DNA of 56,585 bases from Catajapyx aquilonaris (GCA_000934665.2 KZ538130.1:62001-118585); one strand, 5' to 3'. Shown: positions 11,471 through 24,091, numbered from the stretch's first letter. Program-made: numbers and translations. The notes: generated by a model from the sequence alone, not told the origin.

Positions 11471-13922
11471 TGGATGATGGATGAGAGATTATGCGCTCGG
11501 GGCAATTTGGTTCTCTGTGAAAATATGTACGCTCAGTTACTGTTCTGTTGCGATATTTCCAAATCATAAACCAAATAAGAGATGGAAAAGTATGTGAGGC
11601 ATAATATTGCAAGCGCAGATGTATACCTGATTGCCACTAATAGCGTATGACCTAACTTTACCTGGTCCATACCGGTCCATACTTTATCTGCAGTAATGAA
11701 GAGGCGACGTTTCACTTTCGCGGTGGAATTAAACTCTGTAAAAATACTGTCGTAAATTAAATATTAAATAGCAAGTGCGGTTAAAAATCAATGCTATAAG
11801 AACATTTTGCCAGCACATCTGCTACTTCACATTTCACCCAGCATTTAAAATTCGAGAAAAGAGCCTGCTTTTCCCCGCTGCCGCAAATCAGCAGCGTCTC
11901 TCTCCTGGAATGGCAGTGAAGGAGCCAATTGGGAGCTATTACAACTAGGGAATCGTAGCTTGGACTTGACAAAACGGCAAGTTTGCTCAGGCCCCTGCCT
12001 GTCATTAATTATACTATATGGCGACTTTGCTAAAGACAAGAACGACATGGAAATCTAAGCAACTCGGCTTGAAAACACACGACTTTACATTTATAACGCA
12101 GTTCACATAAAGCGTAATTTACTGGAAGGTTTCTGCTTCACAATGGTTTCCTCTCCTAGAACTTGACTGCTACGAAACACAATTACCATGTCTTTCATTT
12201 CCAAGTGGTTGCATAGGACCGCAGGAAATGGTACCAAGCTCAATCATATTTACAGTTCACAATGCTGCACAGTCTAATTAACAATTACAAAGAGAGCTTG
12301 TAATAACCTATTTACACCAAATTTTTCATTGGCATTTTGAGTATGAGAGATATCAAGACCTGGAAGGCAGAACAATCATCATTGTATAATATGATCCTCA
12401 ACATGTACTTCTGGTCGTCAATCCTTCCCGTTAACAAAAGTACAGAAAAATTAAGCCCACAAGTGCTAATTCAATCATCACTTCACACTTCAATCTCTAA
12501 TCTCTCAAAAATCGCTCATTCTGCATGCCAGATCTTCACATTATTCTAACGTGACACATACTCGAAGCTCATACTGGGTACTACCATATGGCCCATAAGC
12601 TGTCCAGACCAGGTGATGTGAAGCAGGGAGATCAGAAATCCAATTAGTCACGCATTTTACCAAATTGAGTCAGGCATATGATTAAAGTGTTTGCATTCAT
12701 TAGTATACTAAACTATGGTGCAACAAAAACCGCATTAACCCTACGTCAAGTTCCATAAAATTACGATGGTCAAGAGGGTCAGGACGACGGACTTGGGTTA
12801 TATAAATGCAGATTTAATCAGCCCAAGGCAAGCAAAGACCACTTTTAAAACTGGTTCGGCGTTAACTATTATTCGTTACTATTATAGTTTGATTTTTTAT
12901 TGTAGTTTTACTCTTTTTTATTACATCTTCGTAAGTATTATTTCTTAATCATTGTATTATAAAGTGTGTAACTTTAGGGACGCTGTGCTGGAATTGTAAA
13001 GGAATGTGTCTATAGGACAACATGCAATTGCGGACCCAACCATACAGTGACTTCGACATGCTGTTCACTATGCAGACCAGCCGCACACAATGGCATATAG
13101 GACACCCTTTGTTCATAATTTACAATGAATTTTGCAACTAATTTTCTGCCCGAACTATTAAGCGCCATTCAGGTACTGAATTTCTGCGGAGAGTTTAATT
13201 AGGGCTTTCCACTTAAAAGGCCCTAAGTTCCCGTTGTAAATAGGTTTGTTAATGCTCTAAAAAGGACCATGCATCACGCCCGGTTTATAGGAAAACAAGG
13301 CTCTCACTTATAAGATGTCTTTTGTCTACCAGCCTGTGAGGATGGAGCACACTATAGAAAGGTTTCGGTCCTGTAGATGATTGTGAAGGATTGGCTTTGC
13401 AATCAGTGAGACCACCGGATCAGCCAACTGACTTATGTACCGTACTATCGTGGACTTACAGTTCCGGACGTTTGGAATCACGCTTGGGATTTCCCAGTAA
13501 TTAGTTTCTTTGCAGACCCAATGCTAACAGCCGCTGAAAACCTCGGATGACGGATCAGATCTGAGAGTCCAATGTTTGCAGTTAACTGATGCTCAACACC
13601 AGACTATACAGTATAGGAGAAATCCCTGTGAATTGGAGCAGAAAATTGCCGCTGGAATTTTTAAAAAATAATTCTTCTCAAAATAGCGCGGCGTATTTCA
13701 TGTGCTTGGATTGCACGTTCCAATTATTGAGGTGAACGTTCCATTGAGAAGATTTTTGGCACTGCTTCTTTGTTAAAAGCGGGCAATTGTTAAGTAATAA
13801 AAATATTACATGTGGAATAGATACCCTGAATTTCAATGAATGTTTAATAGGGAATGGCCCGTTTGATTTAGCATTAATGACTAAACACATATGAAGACTG
13901 GATACTTAAGAGTAATTATTAA

Positions 13923-14212
13923 CCCTGGAACCGTGCCGTGCCTACGAGTATTACGGCAACCGTGCCGTGGGGTCTTTTCGGACCCCACCATATTTTAATT
14001 TTTATTAATTATAATATAATACTTTCCAATTTATTGACTACATACAATCATTCTTTGAACAATGCCTAATAAAAGGTTCGCTAATTTAAAAGAAACCTGC
14101 ACTTCCTCAGTGTTATATACTGTAAAAAAATGGCAAAAGTTCATTGTAATTATCATTTTAATGCATTTTTTTTCCTTGGGGTCCAAAAAGACCCCATGGC
14201 ACGGTTCCAGGG
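13923..14212. mobile_element. piggyBac-type MITE
   Basis: TTAA|CCCTGGAACCGTGCC ... GGCACGGTTCCAGGG|TTAT, plus subterminal inverted GGGGTCTTTTCGGACCCCA / TGGGGTCCAAAAAGACCCC. Confidence 0.8.
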
Positions 14213-15418
14213 TTATGTTCATATTCGTATCCCTTGTTCGTATCGGTGGGGCCTGACTGCACAGGCCTACAGGGGAGTTGCGCATGGGAGAATGCGCCTT
14301 CGTTTCTCTTTCCAGAGGGTAAAGGACCCCTAACTTGACTCAGGAACGGTGGTTAAATCCACCGATATACGAATGAGCTTAAATCTGATACACACGGCAT
14401 AATCATGTCCCATTACACAATCTGACTAAACGTTTCCCCTCAATAATAAATAGGCAACAACTAGTTGAATGGCAAATTTTGATGTCACTTAACAGATGAA
14501 GGCACTTCTCAAAGCTGTAGTGACTAATACACGAGAGAGGTAATCTGAGGATGTCAAGCGCAGGCACGAAACTGACACCCCCTGAGCCTGTCCATTAGCC
14601 CAACAGTATGTCACCAACTTTCCAGAACGCATTTATCTTTCTGATCACCACGTGAAGGCAGAAACAAGACTGCTTCGGTAAGGATCATATAGTCTATAAA
14701 ACAATATGTCAGCTTAAATAGCAGCAGGATCTGGCAAATCTTAGAAGCCAATCACAATTATTAGTAAATTTCGTTCGCAAGTACGCGTAATAAGAGCCAA
14801 TTGGTGGCTCATCCTTCATAGAAGGTGGGAGGCATCCTTTGCTTATCAGAGATATGTCTACTGCTTTTGTGCTTGTGAACAGCATCTTGGAGACTGGGCA
14901 TTTGCAGTTCCTTGCTTGCAGAAAGGATTTATTGACGTGGACTAGGTCGTGAAGAGTGGTTTGGATCAGGTCAACATATCCTTGAGAGATGCTCGGATTT
15001 CTTAACACAGGGACGGCGTGCCAAATATCCAGTTTCCTTGAGTTTTATGTCCTGCTTAGAAGTGTGTGATGAGCTGGTGGTTTACGCCAAAGAACTGTCC
15101 GAACTGTCCGAGAGAGCCCAACTTGAGCTCAGCTTACCGAAGGACGCACTCGACCTCCTGAGGAGATGTCTGAGGATCCACCATCTCTTCTTACGCACAT
15201 CACATGAGCCTTGGTACTCTAAACTTCTCTAAACAAAAAAATAATCACTTGTGATATATCCAGAAATAAGACATATTTGGTTTTAAAATGTAATATTTTT
15301 CTCTAGTGATAATATTTCGACAAAAAATATTGCACGATATAAAACTAAGATATCGCAGAAAATGTCATTTGCATTGACCATGTTGGAGGTGGGGTCCTGA
15401 TCAAAAAGCGAGCATCAG

Positions 15419-15789
15419 CAGGGGTGTATTACTCAATAGGCCGAGTATAGGCACGTGCCTAGGGCGGCAAATAGTGGGGATCTGTTCAGGATCTACAGGC
15501 GACTTTCGCCCTTACTTGTCTGGGCATCGGCCTATTCACCTTGGAGCGGCATATAAGTGTATAAACCGCAAGATGAAATTCACTGGATTTTGCTAAGTAC
15601 AGGAGCATCCATGACCAAAATTTCAACTTTGAAATATCAATTTTAGATATTTGGCCTTGAAATCCGAAAAATTCGGAATTTCCCCAATCTCGGACCTAAA
15701 AATCAGCCAGGAGTGTGTGTGTGGGGGGGGGGGGGNNNNNNNNNGATAAAGCTATGCCTAGGGGCGGCAAAAACCTAAATACGTCACTG
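15419..15789. mobile_element. hAT-type MITE (contains an assembly gap)
   Basis: Perfect 8-bp TSD AGCATCAG (15411-15418 / 15790-15797); termini CAGGGGTGTATT / AATACGTCACTG; GCCTAGGG..GCGGCAAA motif near both ends. Confidence 0.85.
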
Positions 15790-16645
15790 AGCATCAGTGA
15801 CATCGGAAAGGGCTATATCACACCAACTTGAGTTGGGAACTGATGGATCAAGGTCCGCGCAAAACCTCTGCAGGAAATGCACTATGCGAATAATAGAATA
15901 ATATCCACATGACATCACGACACTGGTTATTATACAGGGTGTCCCATCTTTTTTGTCCGAACAGTTATCGGAAAATTGCTCGTAGCTGCTACTTTTTAAG
16001 AAGTGACTTGCAAACGGTGATTTATCGGAGGACCGGGGAATATTCCCTGCGAATCGTAGGTTGAAGTGGCACGTGCTGCCCGCTGAAAATTGAGGGTCAA
16101 GCCTGGAAAAAAGAGGGTCACCACACATGCCATGGATGGGATATGTGACCCTCTTTTACCCCATTCCCCATTCCTCCGACAAATCACCGGTTGCAAGTCA
16201 CTGCTCAAAAGCAGGGTTGTGAACCGAACCGAACCCTTGCTCCGTGAACCCGATAACATCGAGCCCGCTCCGGAGCAGTAGAGCAGGAGTCCGGAGCGAG
16301 CGTCGGAACGGGGTACGGGTTCAAGGCGGTTCCGGAGCTGAGTGGAGCCAAGGTCGGAGCGAGTCCGGAGCGAGCGGCGGAACGGGGTTCGGGTTCAAGC
16401 CGGTTCAGGGGAAGAGTGGAGTGAAGGTCGGAGCTGGTTCGGAGCGAACGGCTCCGGAGTTGAACCAGGTTCAGGAGCGGGGTTCGGAGCGTGTTCCGGA
16501 TCGGGTTCGGAGCGGTTCAAAGCTTGGTTAGGTACAACATACCAACCCAACAGGGGGAAAGGCAGCAAAACCGATGGATTTACTCCAAAGTATGCATCAT
16601 ATTGTTTTCATGGTGGGAGAATGACATTTCCAAGCACCCGCGATA

Positions 16646-17167
16646 CAGGGTGTACCGTAAATGTCACATTTTCATGTCATGCGCATTTTTGTATGCCACA
16701 ATATGTCATACCCATTTTTTGGATGTCACATTCTCATGTCATGTGCATTTTTTGTATGTTACAATAATAATAATAATTCATACCCCGTTATCAGCCTATC
16801 GGCTCTTTAGGGGGGAAGTTTTTTTTTTGTTTTGCCTGGAACTCTTTGCTTTCATTTTACTGCACTTTTTGGGATGGGATAGGGACGGAAGGAAGCGGCT
16901 GTGGCCTATTAATTACGGAAGAATAAACTCCGGAATTTTCCTGGAAGGACCGTGGGAAACCACAGAAAACCACGGTCAGAGTTGCCGGTCCCGGGATTCG
17001 AACCCAGGACCTCCCGATTAGCAGTCGGACGCCTTATCCACTATGCCAACCTGCTTCGGTTGTATGTTACAATAATGTGATATTGTAACATACAAAAATG
17101 CGTATGACATATTGTAGCATACAAAAATGCGCATGACATGAGAATGTGACATTTGCGGTACACCCTG
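16646..17167. mobile_element. CAGGGTGT-ended MITE with internal GTCACATT/GTCAT repeats
   Basis: TA|CAGGGTGTACCGTAAATGTCAC ... GTGACATTTGCGGTACACCCTG|TA; hosts a SINE. Confidence 0.75.
16769..17060 (-). mobile_element. SINE family 1
   Basis: Reverse-strand tRNA head and body, AAT-repeat tail, 16-bp TSD TGTATGTTACAATAAT (16753-16768 / 17061-17076). Confidence 0.92.
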
Positions 17168-17745
17168 TATCGCGGGTGCTTGGAAATGTCATTCTCCCAC
17201 CATGAAAACATGATGCATATATACTCTGGAGTAAATCCATCGGTTTTGCTGCCTTTCCCCCTGTTGGGTTGGTATGTTGTATCAACAGTTCAAAAAGAAT
17301 TGTCCCTCGCGTCGAGCGGGCAGCCACGCGTCAGGATGAAAGCAACCAGTTAACCGGTTCCCTTCATCCTGACGCGTGGCTTCCCGCTCGACGCGAGGGA
17401 CAATTCTTTTTGGACTGATGTACCTAACCAAGCTTTGAACCGCTCCGAACCCGATCCGGAACACGCTCCGAACCCCGCTCCTGAACCGGGTTCAACTCCG
17501 GAGCCGTTCGCTCCGAACCAGCTCCGACCTTCACTCCACTCTTCCCCTGAACCGGCTTGAACCCGAACCCCGTTCCGCCGCTCGCTCCGGACTCCGGCTC
17601 TACTGCTCCGGAGCGGGTTCGATGTTATCGGGTTCACGGAGCAAGGGTTCGGTTCGGTTCACAACCCTGTCAAAAAGTAGCAGCTACGCGCAATTTTCCA
17701 ATAACTGTTCGGACAAAAAAGATGGGACACCCTGTATATACAGTA

Positions 17746-17797
<52 letters not shown>
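17746..17797. repeat. (TGT)n microsatellite
   Basis: Uninterrupted trinucleotide run. Confidence 0.95.
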
Positions 17798-19044
17798 GGG
17801 CACAAGTTTTACACGGATCTACATGATAGCTTTGATAGCTCGTACTATTTTCGAGATAGGGCTCAATCTGTATATTCAGCCGAATCTGTATCTGCTGATT
17901 CTGCTCTATCTACCTCTATTCTATCTATTTCTATTTCATCTCTCTCTATACTCTCTATCAGAACCTATGTCCGTCTCCGCCAATTTCCGACCCATCCATC
18001 AAGCTGCTGGGATATACCCTGTCCGATATCACTGACGCTCATTTTTTTAAATTTTAAAATAATATTGAATCAACGTCGATAATATTGGCCACGAGCTGGT
18101 GTCACGTGCAGAGAGAGATTGTCTCTACAACAAGTTAAAATTTGGATAATTATAATGGGGTTGTTTGAGTGATGTAGTGGCACAAGCTGCACTTGCGGCA
18201 AAGAGCAGCAAAAAATTATACATTTTGTATAACTTTTGTATGATATGGTGATGATTTAAATTTTTAAAAATTGACCTTCTACTCAATACAACGATGGAGT
18301 TCCAAAGTTTGCCAACGCTAGAAATAGACCTGGTACTGATCTGGGAGTCTGCGGCATTTCTTTTGATCAGTAGTGCTGGAGAATGTTTCGTAATAATTCT
18401 TCCCTTTTATAGGTATGCAATGTTTTAACTCTCCACTGTACTGTTATATCTTTTTAAAATCTATAAATGTTGGGTTGTGAGTTTGTGGGTGAGTTTGTTT
18501 GTTCGCTATAGATAGAAATCCAGGGGAAGGCCCCTACACCGCCTTAAACTAGCATATCGGGGGTTACTTTTTTCGAAGAATTTAACGCCGCATGTTTCAG
18601 ATTCCGAAAATGAGCCTAACTTCCACAATAAGCATATTCCCGATTCATCTCACTACTCCCTTCAACAATAAACCACTTAACAATACATGTCAATATTGAT
18701 AAGTTAAACACAACATCCCTTCAACAATATTCAAATTTTCAAGTTCCCAGCATGGATATGCCACCACTGGCCACCATTCATATCGATGTCTCACGCCGTT
18801 TTTTTAAACATGTCCTTCAATTCAATACATCCGTCAACGACGCTAACCGACGCTAACCGAGGCACGATGGCCACCTGACATGAGTTCGTATCGTTATAGT
18901 CATGCCAGGAAAAAAACTGCACGAGATTTCGTCGGATTTGTAAGTAGACTTGCCAGACACAAATGAAACCAGATATGCAACATTCCCCACGTTAAATACA
19001 AAATTTTACACCTGGCATAGGCACATTTCTTCAGGACAAACATA

Positions 19045-19606
19045 CAGGGTGTTTACGACCTAACTTTACAAACTTCTAGGGGTAATAGAGGGGACCAAGA
19101 CAAACATTTTTGACATAGGAAACCGTGTCCGGAAACGCCATCTAGAGGGGGTTCATAGACAAGGAATGGGTGCGCTCAGACGCGTCACGCGTGAGGCGCT
19201 AGGCGAGCGGACTGTTTTGTTGACAGATGGCGCTCGGATAGTAACCAACGATGCGATGTGTCATAACGTGGCAACAGCAGAGCCATCTAACAACTAAAGT
19301 CCGCCTCCTAGGAGACGCGCGGAGAGTCAACAGCGGTTCTGTTGTTGCCAGGTTATGGCGTATCGTGTTGTTGTTTACTTACAACGACGCGATACGCCAT
19401 AACCTGGCAACAACTGCGCGCCATCTATCAATAAAACAGTCCGCTCGACTTGCGCCTCTCGCGTGACGCGTCTGAGCACACCCGTTCCTCGTCTATGAAC
19501 CCCCTCTAGATGGCGTTTCCGGACACGGTTTCCTATGTCAAAAATGTTTGTCTTGGTCCCCTCTATTACCCCTAGAAGTTTGCAAAGTTAGGTCGTAAAC
19601 ACCCTG
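19045..19606. mobile_element. Long-arm foldback MITE (CAGGGTGT termini, TA target), probably composite
   Basis: TA|CAGGGTGTTTACGACC ... GGTCGTAAACACCCTG|TA; ~190-bp inverted arms; inner TA-flanked unit GAGGGGGTTCATAGAC...GTCTATGAACCCCCTC at 19145-19506. Confidence 0.88.
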
Positions 19607-20078
19607 TATAGGGGACGAAGTGAAGGTGGAGAGACATTTTGAGTAAAATAAAAAATTAAAAAATATAGAAAAACAGACTTGGCCATTCAGTCTTTTCCGG
19701 GACCAAATATATCCACATTCCCAATTTTTTACACATCATAGATCGGAATATTATTATATGCGTCGACTCCGCTAACCGAGGCATGACTGGCCACCTCAGA
19801 CCTTTCCTCGACCTGACGACCCGTATGACCTCGTTCTCTCTCCAGTCCCGGTTTTTTTTCCTTAAAAAATTATTGTTATCAAAACGTTCCACCCCGTGCT
19901 TATGAACTGTACATTCGAGTTGATTATCCCTTCACAATTTTATTTCTTCGTCCTATTTTTTCCTACTTTTTTTTTTGTTTTGTTTTAATTTTCCTGTACC
20001 CTATTTTGCAAATTTTTCGCAAATTTTACAAACAAACTACCTAATATGGATATATGGATAATATATTATATAAGTTAA

Positions 20079-20588
20079 CCCTTTGAGCCTTACGGACATC
20101 GTAATTATGACGCCCTGCGGGTTTTTGAACTGGGCGCGCTAGAGTTTAGACAGAAATGGCACAGTTTGAGGCTCAAACTGCTCCTACCACCTCGTGGAAG
20201 GGGGCTCAACTTCCATGGCGTATGTTAGCGTGAGCTACACATACTCCCTCCCGCGGCGTCAGAACAGGGTGTCCCATAAGTCTGGCCTCTTAGGAATATC
20301 TCATAGTACAGTGTTTGAGTATTATTATGTAACTATCGTAACAATTTTATAGTGACGTTAAAATTAAAACTTTTAATAAATTTAATTACATTTAGAGTTA
20401 ATTGTACGTTTTTAAAAATTTCTGGAACACCCTGTAGATAAATTTTTTCGGCATTTTACATTCAAAAGGGCAACCACGAGTTAAAATGATAAATATTGGA
20501 GCATATTGTTTTTCGGCATTAATATCCCTCCTACTAATTTTGGTCACGAAAAGAAAAAAACGGCCCAAAAAACCCCGCCGTCAAAGGG
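20079..20588. mobile_element. piggyBac-type MITE containing a CAGGGTGT-ended MITE (20265-20434)
   Basis: TTAA|CCCTTTGA ... TCAAAGGG|TTAA; inner CAGGGTGTCCCA ... TGGAACACCCTG|TA. Confidence 0.65.
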
Positions 20589-20729
20589 TTAATATAATAA
20601 TTATAATAATATATAATATTAATATCTGCATATAGGGCCTACTGCATGTATGATGGTGCCAATAATATAGCAATTAAAAGGGAACAGCACAGCAATATCA
20701 TAAAAAGGAACCATAAGATAGGCCTACGG

Positions 20730-20763
<34 letters not shown>

Positions 20764-21095
20764 TAAATTTTACCCCCCGATAGGCCTCCATTGGCCTTTT
20801 TGGGGGGTGGCACACCACCAGCAGTTTTCTGATTTGTTTAACTTCAATCTCCGATGCAAGGAATCAAGGGCATTAGGTAAGGATATGGATTTTCGGGGAG
20901 GGACACGGGTGCAGGTGCAATGTCTCAAGTTTGGGCCATGTGCAGTCCTCCAGGAGGTTAGGTTGCCAGACACCTCCAAGGTGCAGGTTAGAGACCCTCC
21001 CGACGCAGGTGGAAGGGAACTCCCAGGCGGGGATCGAACCTGGGGCCTTTCACTCAGCAAGCCGAGACGTTATCATCTTGGCCACCACACCTCCC

Positions 21096-21096
<1 letters not shown>
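20730..21096 (-). mobile_element. tRNA-derived SINE family 2
   Basis: Minus strand: GGTGGCCAAGATG A-box-like motif, GGTTCGATCCC B box, 3' end TGGTGG..CCCCCC..GGGGGGTAAA, (ATG)n tail. Confidence 0.8.

Positions 21097-21171
<75 letters not shown>
21097..21171. repeat. (ATT)n microsatellite
   Basis: Uninterrupted trinucleotide run. Confidence 0.95.
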
Positions 21172-22550
21172 GTAGGATACTAGTATCATGACCATAAGAT
21201 TTCTCTCGGTTGTTGGTGGATTCTCCTGAGATCACGTCTTTCGCCGAATCATTAGTGGTAATGGTTTCATTGCACTCCACTGCACTGCACTGGTAGAATA
21301 ATGATAAAATCACTGCAATACCATTACTTTTTGTATTAATTTATTACAAATATTTGCATTTAATAAAGTGCTTTGAACATATAGGCTACCTTATTATAAC
21401 GGAATATTTATGCTTCCTTGCGTACAGTAACAGTGAAGCTTATTTTATCTAAGCAAATGGCCAAATGCTCTAACAATGCATTAAGGAAAGTCGTCTAATA
21501 TTTGTTCAAAAGTTACCATAGCAATGTGATTCAAAAATCCAGAGCTATCTCCACAGTTTAAAGGCATGAGAAAAGGGGTAGGTGCCTATGAGCTAATACC
21601 TACTGTAAGAACACGTACGAAAAAAGATATGTTCAATTGCAACTGTCGTTAACGGTATGAGGTAGGTCACATGAATTCAGCAGTGTTTGGTTCTATCATG
21701 ATACCATAAAATTATGATTAATCACTCGCTTATTACTCTCCTACCATTTCCTCGCAATCTCGAGAAAAAGAGATTAGATCGATCGTGGTCGGAACTGTAA
21801 CAAGTTGATTAAAAAGCCAGTCATATCTCTGGTCCAGCGCAATATGCGGTAGAGTATGACATATTCTTCACGTAATATCTACATACTGTACAATTGCGCT
21901 GAAGCAGATACATCACCGATTTTAGAGCAAACTTATCGCTATACTTCTAGATCGTATCCATCTCAATATTTCTGTTGGGGACAGTATAATATGATGCACT
22001 ATACTTATTTCCAACATGCACATGTACAGCAAGCGGTATAATAATAATTATGTTCTTTACTTGAAAAACGTGATGCTAATGTCATTTGATAATAGTAGAT
22101 ATCCACTTAGCCTATACTTGTTAGTAATAATTGCACATGCACATGCATATGTTTGTATTTGAAAGGTTCTACTGACAATCGTCAGCTTGAGACACTGAAA
22201 AAAAATGTCACAGAAACTGAAATCGTAAATTGTTGAGCCCCACATATGATGCGGACTAGGAATCCGCTGGCACGATGGAATGCTTCAATATGCCTTGATG
22301 TATTGGAAACCCCTTAGAATTTTCGAATCAGTCCAGTGCCCAGGGACAACCTGCTTGCAAAATGTAGGCGGTATAAAATCAAAGTACAGAGGCCATCACA
22401 AGACAGGTCAATATACCTTCCGCGATCATACATAAATAGTATGCTAAATCATTTGTTGTTGAACTATACTGTTAGTAGGTAACCTCTAATAGAGGTTTCA
22501 GAAAATTTAAAGCCTCTATTTCGAGGTCACCTGACAAAGAGTACAGTTTA

Positions 22551-22759
22551 CAGGGTGTTTCAACTTTTTGTCCCAACAGTTATCGGAAATATTGCACTAA
22601 GCTGCTACTTCGTAAGCAGTGACTTGCAATCGGTGCTTTGTCGGAATGGGGAATATTCCGTGCGAATCTTAGGTTGACGTGGCATATACGTGCTTACAAA
22701 GTAGCAGCATAGTGCAATATTTCCGATAACTGTTGGGACAAAAAAGTTGAAACACCCTG
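22551..22759 (+). mobile_element. MITE family A, internally deleted copy
   Basis: TA|CAGGGTGTTTCAAC ... GTTGAAACACCCTG|TA; lacks the central part of the family sequence. Confidence 0.85.
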
Positions 22760-22793
22760 TATCATATGGTTGAGATTACACGACAGGCGTATA

Positions 22794-23028
22794 CAGGGTG
22801 TTAAAAGTACCGTATTTGGGTCATTTTAGTTAGTAGTATTTTTCGCGAAGCTCAGTTTTTGTAGATTGGAATTGCCTCAATCCAGGTGCCATAATTATCA
22901 TAAAGCAACTGCTACATTCGACCACTTGGTAGAAATTGGGCACTTGGATCGGAGTGAAACAAGCTACACAAAAACCTTTGGCGACATTATCGACAACTAA
23001 AAACGACTCTGATACTTGGAACACCCTG
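22794..23028. mobile_element. CAGGGTGT-ended MITE of a different family
   Basis: TA|CAGGGTGTTAAAAGTACC ... GATACTTGGAACACCCTG|TA. Confidence 0.65.
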
Positions 23029-23226
23029 TATACGTATATAGGTTTAAAAAGTACCTGAGGTTACCTAGATTTACACCAAATGTTTCTTGGTAACCGCTCA
23101 AAAATAGCACTAATAAGCACTAATAATCTAAACTAATAAGCACTAATAATCTAAACTAATATAACTAATAATAAATTATGCAGCCTAGTGTGTACTGTAC
23201 ATATAGTGTGTACATTATGCCTTATA

Positions 23227-24091
23227 CAAGGGAACTTCACACACTGTGAAAGGATTTGCTGAATGGAACTTATTGGCACAATGATAAAGACAGGTAAGTC
23301 ATTCACCAAAATGCAAACCGTTTCGGCTGAGCGATACAAGGTCAAAAGTTATGACCTCTCGAAGTCATCCAGGACAGCTTACCTAAGCGAGAAGGGTAAA
23401 GCACCTGGTAACGCACTGGCAGATGGAAAGAAACTAGCAAATTAGCATTATTTACGCATGTTTGTAATTGTGTTCAAAACAAAATAATCAAATATGAATT
23501 CTAAGCTGTCAAAAACCTATATTTTCATATACAATTCGTGCCAGGTATGTCAGAAGTAGCTCTAGCATGATAACATGTTTTTCTTTACATACACGCAGGT
23601 TTCCGTGGGCCTGTTTGTAACATGTCTGGTACGAATCGAGTATGAAAATGTAGGTTTCCGATACCTTATCATTCATATTTGCTGTCAAAAATGCAGAAAG
23701 AGACGTCCTTGAAAAAGTTGCCGGATTATTTTAGAAGGTCCACTTTCCTACCTGCTATAAGCCCCAGGCGGGTAGTTTAGGAATGTGGTCTTTCTTATCT
23801 GCCTCGGCTTCCGTGGACTACCCAAACCCGTGCACTATTGCAATGTAGAGCTCTGCTGAGCAGAGTAATTCGCCCTTTCCAATGATGCAATAAAATGTCT
23901 GCTTTTTTGAGCGCAATATCTGAAACGTCGCTCGTAAGGTAAGCTGTCCGAGATGACTTCGAGAGGTCATAACTTTTGACCTTGTAGCGCTCAGCCAAAA
24001 CTCTTTGCATATGGTGAATGACTTACCTGTCTCTATTGTTGTACCCAGTTTCATTCAGCAAATCCATTGACACATTCGTGAAGTTCCCTTG
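23227..24091. mobile_element. Long-TIR non-autonomous DNA element
   Basis: ~165-bp diverged inverted arms (CAAGGGAACTTCAC ... GTGAAGTTCCCTTG) and a second internal inverted pair at ~23490-23680. Confidence 0.8.

Larger units (their letters stand above)
16535..17279. mobile_element. TA-flanked palindromic element nested in the hAT-like element
   Basis: TA|CAACATACCAACCCAACAGG ... CCTGTTGGGTTGGTATGTTG|TA, ~110-bp inverted arms. Confidence 0.7.
16212..17669. mobile_element. hAT-like foldback element nested in MITE-A
   Basis: Termini CAGGGTTGTGAACCG / CGGTTCACAACCCTG, GAACCG/GGTTC subterminal repeats, imperfect TSD TCAAAAG / TCAAAAAG; arms near-identical with axis at GTT|AAC (17351/17352). Confidence 0.8.
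15935..17734 (+). mobile_element. MITE family A copy interrupted by nested insertions
   Basis: TA|CAGGGTGTCCCATC ... GATGGGACACCCTG|TA; 15935-16211 plus 17670-17734 reconstitute the ~330-bp family sequence. Confidence 0.9.

Noticed and set aside
16212..16531. GAACCG/GGAGC repeats and Gly/Ser-rich ORFs as a CRISPR array or repeat protein
   Set aside because: No constant repeat with unique spacers; these are subterminal motifs of a DNA transposon in eukaryotic DNA.
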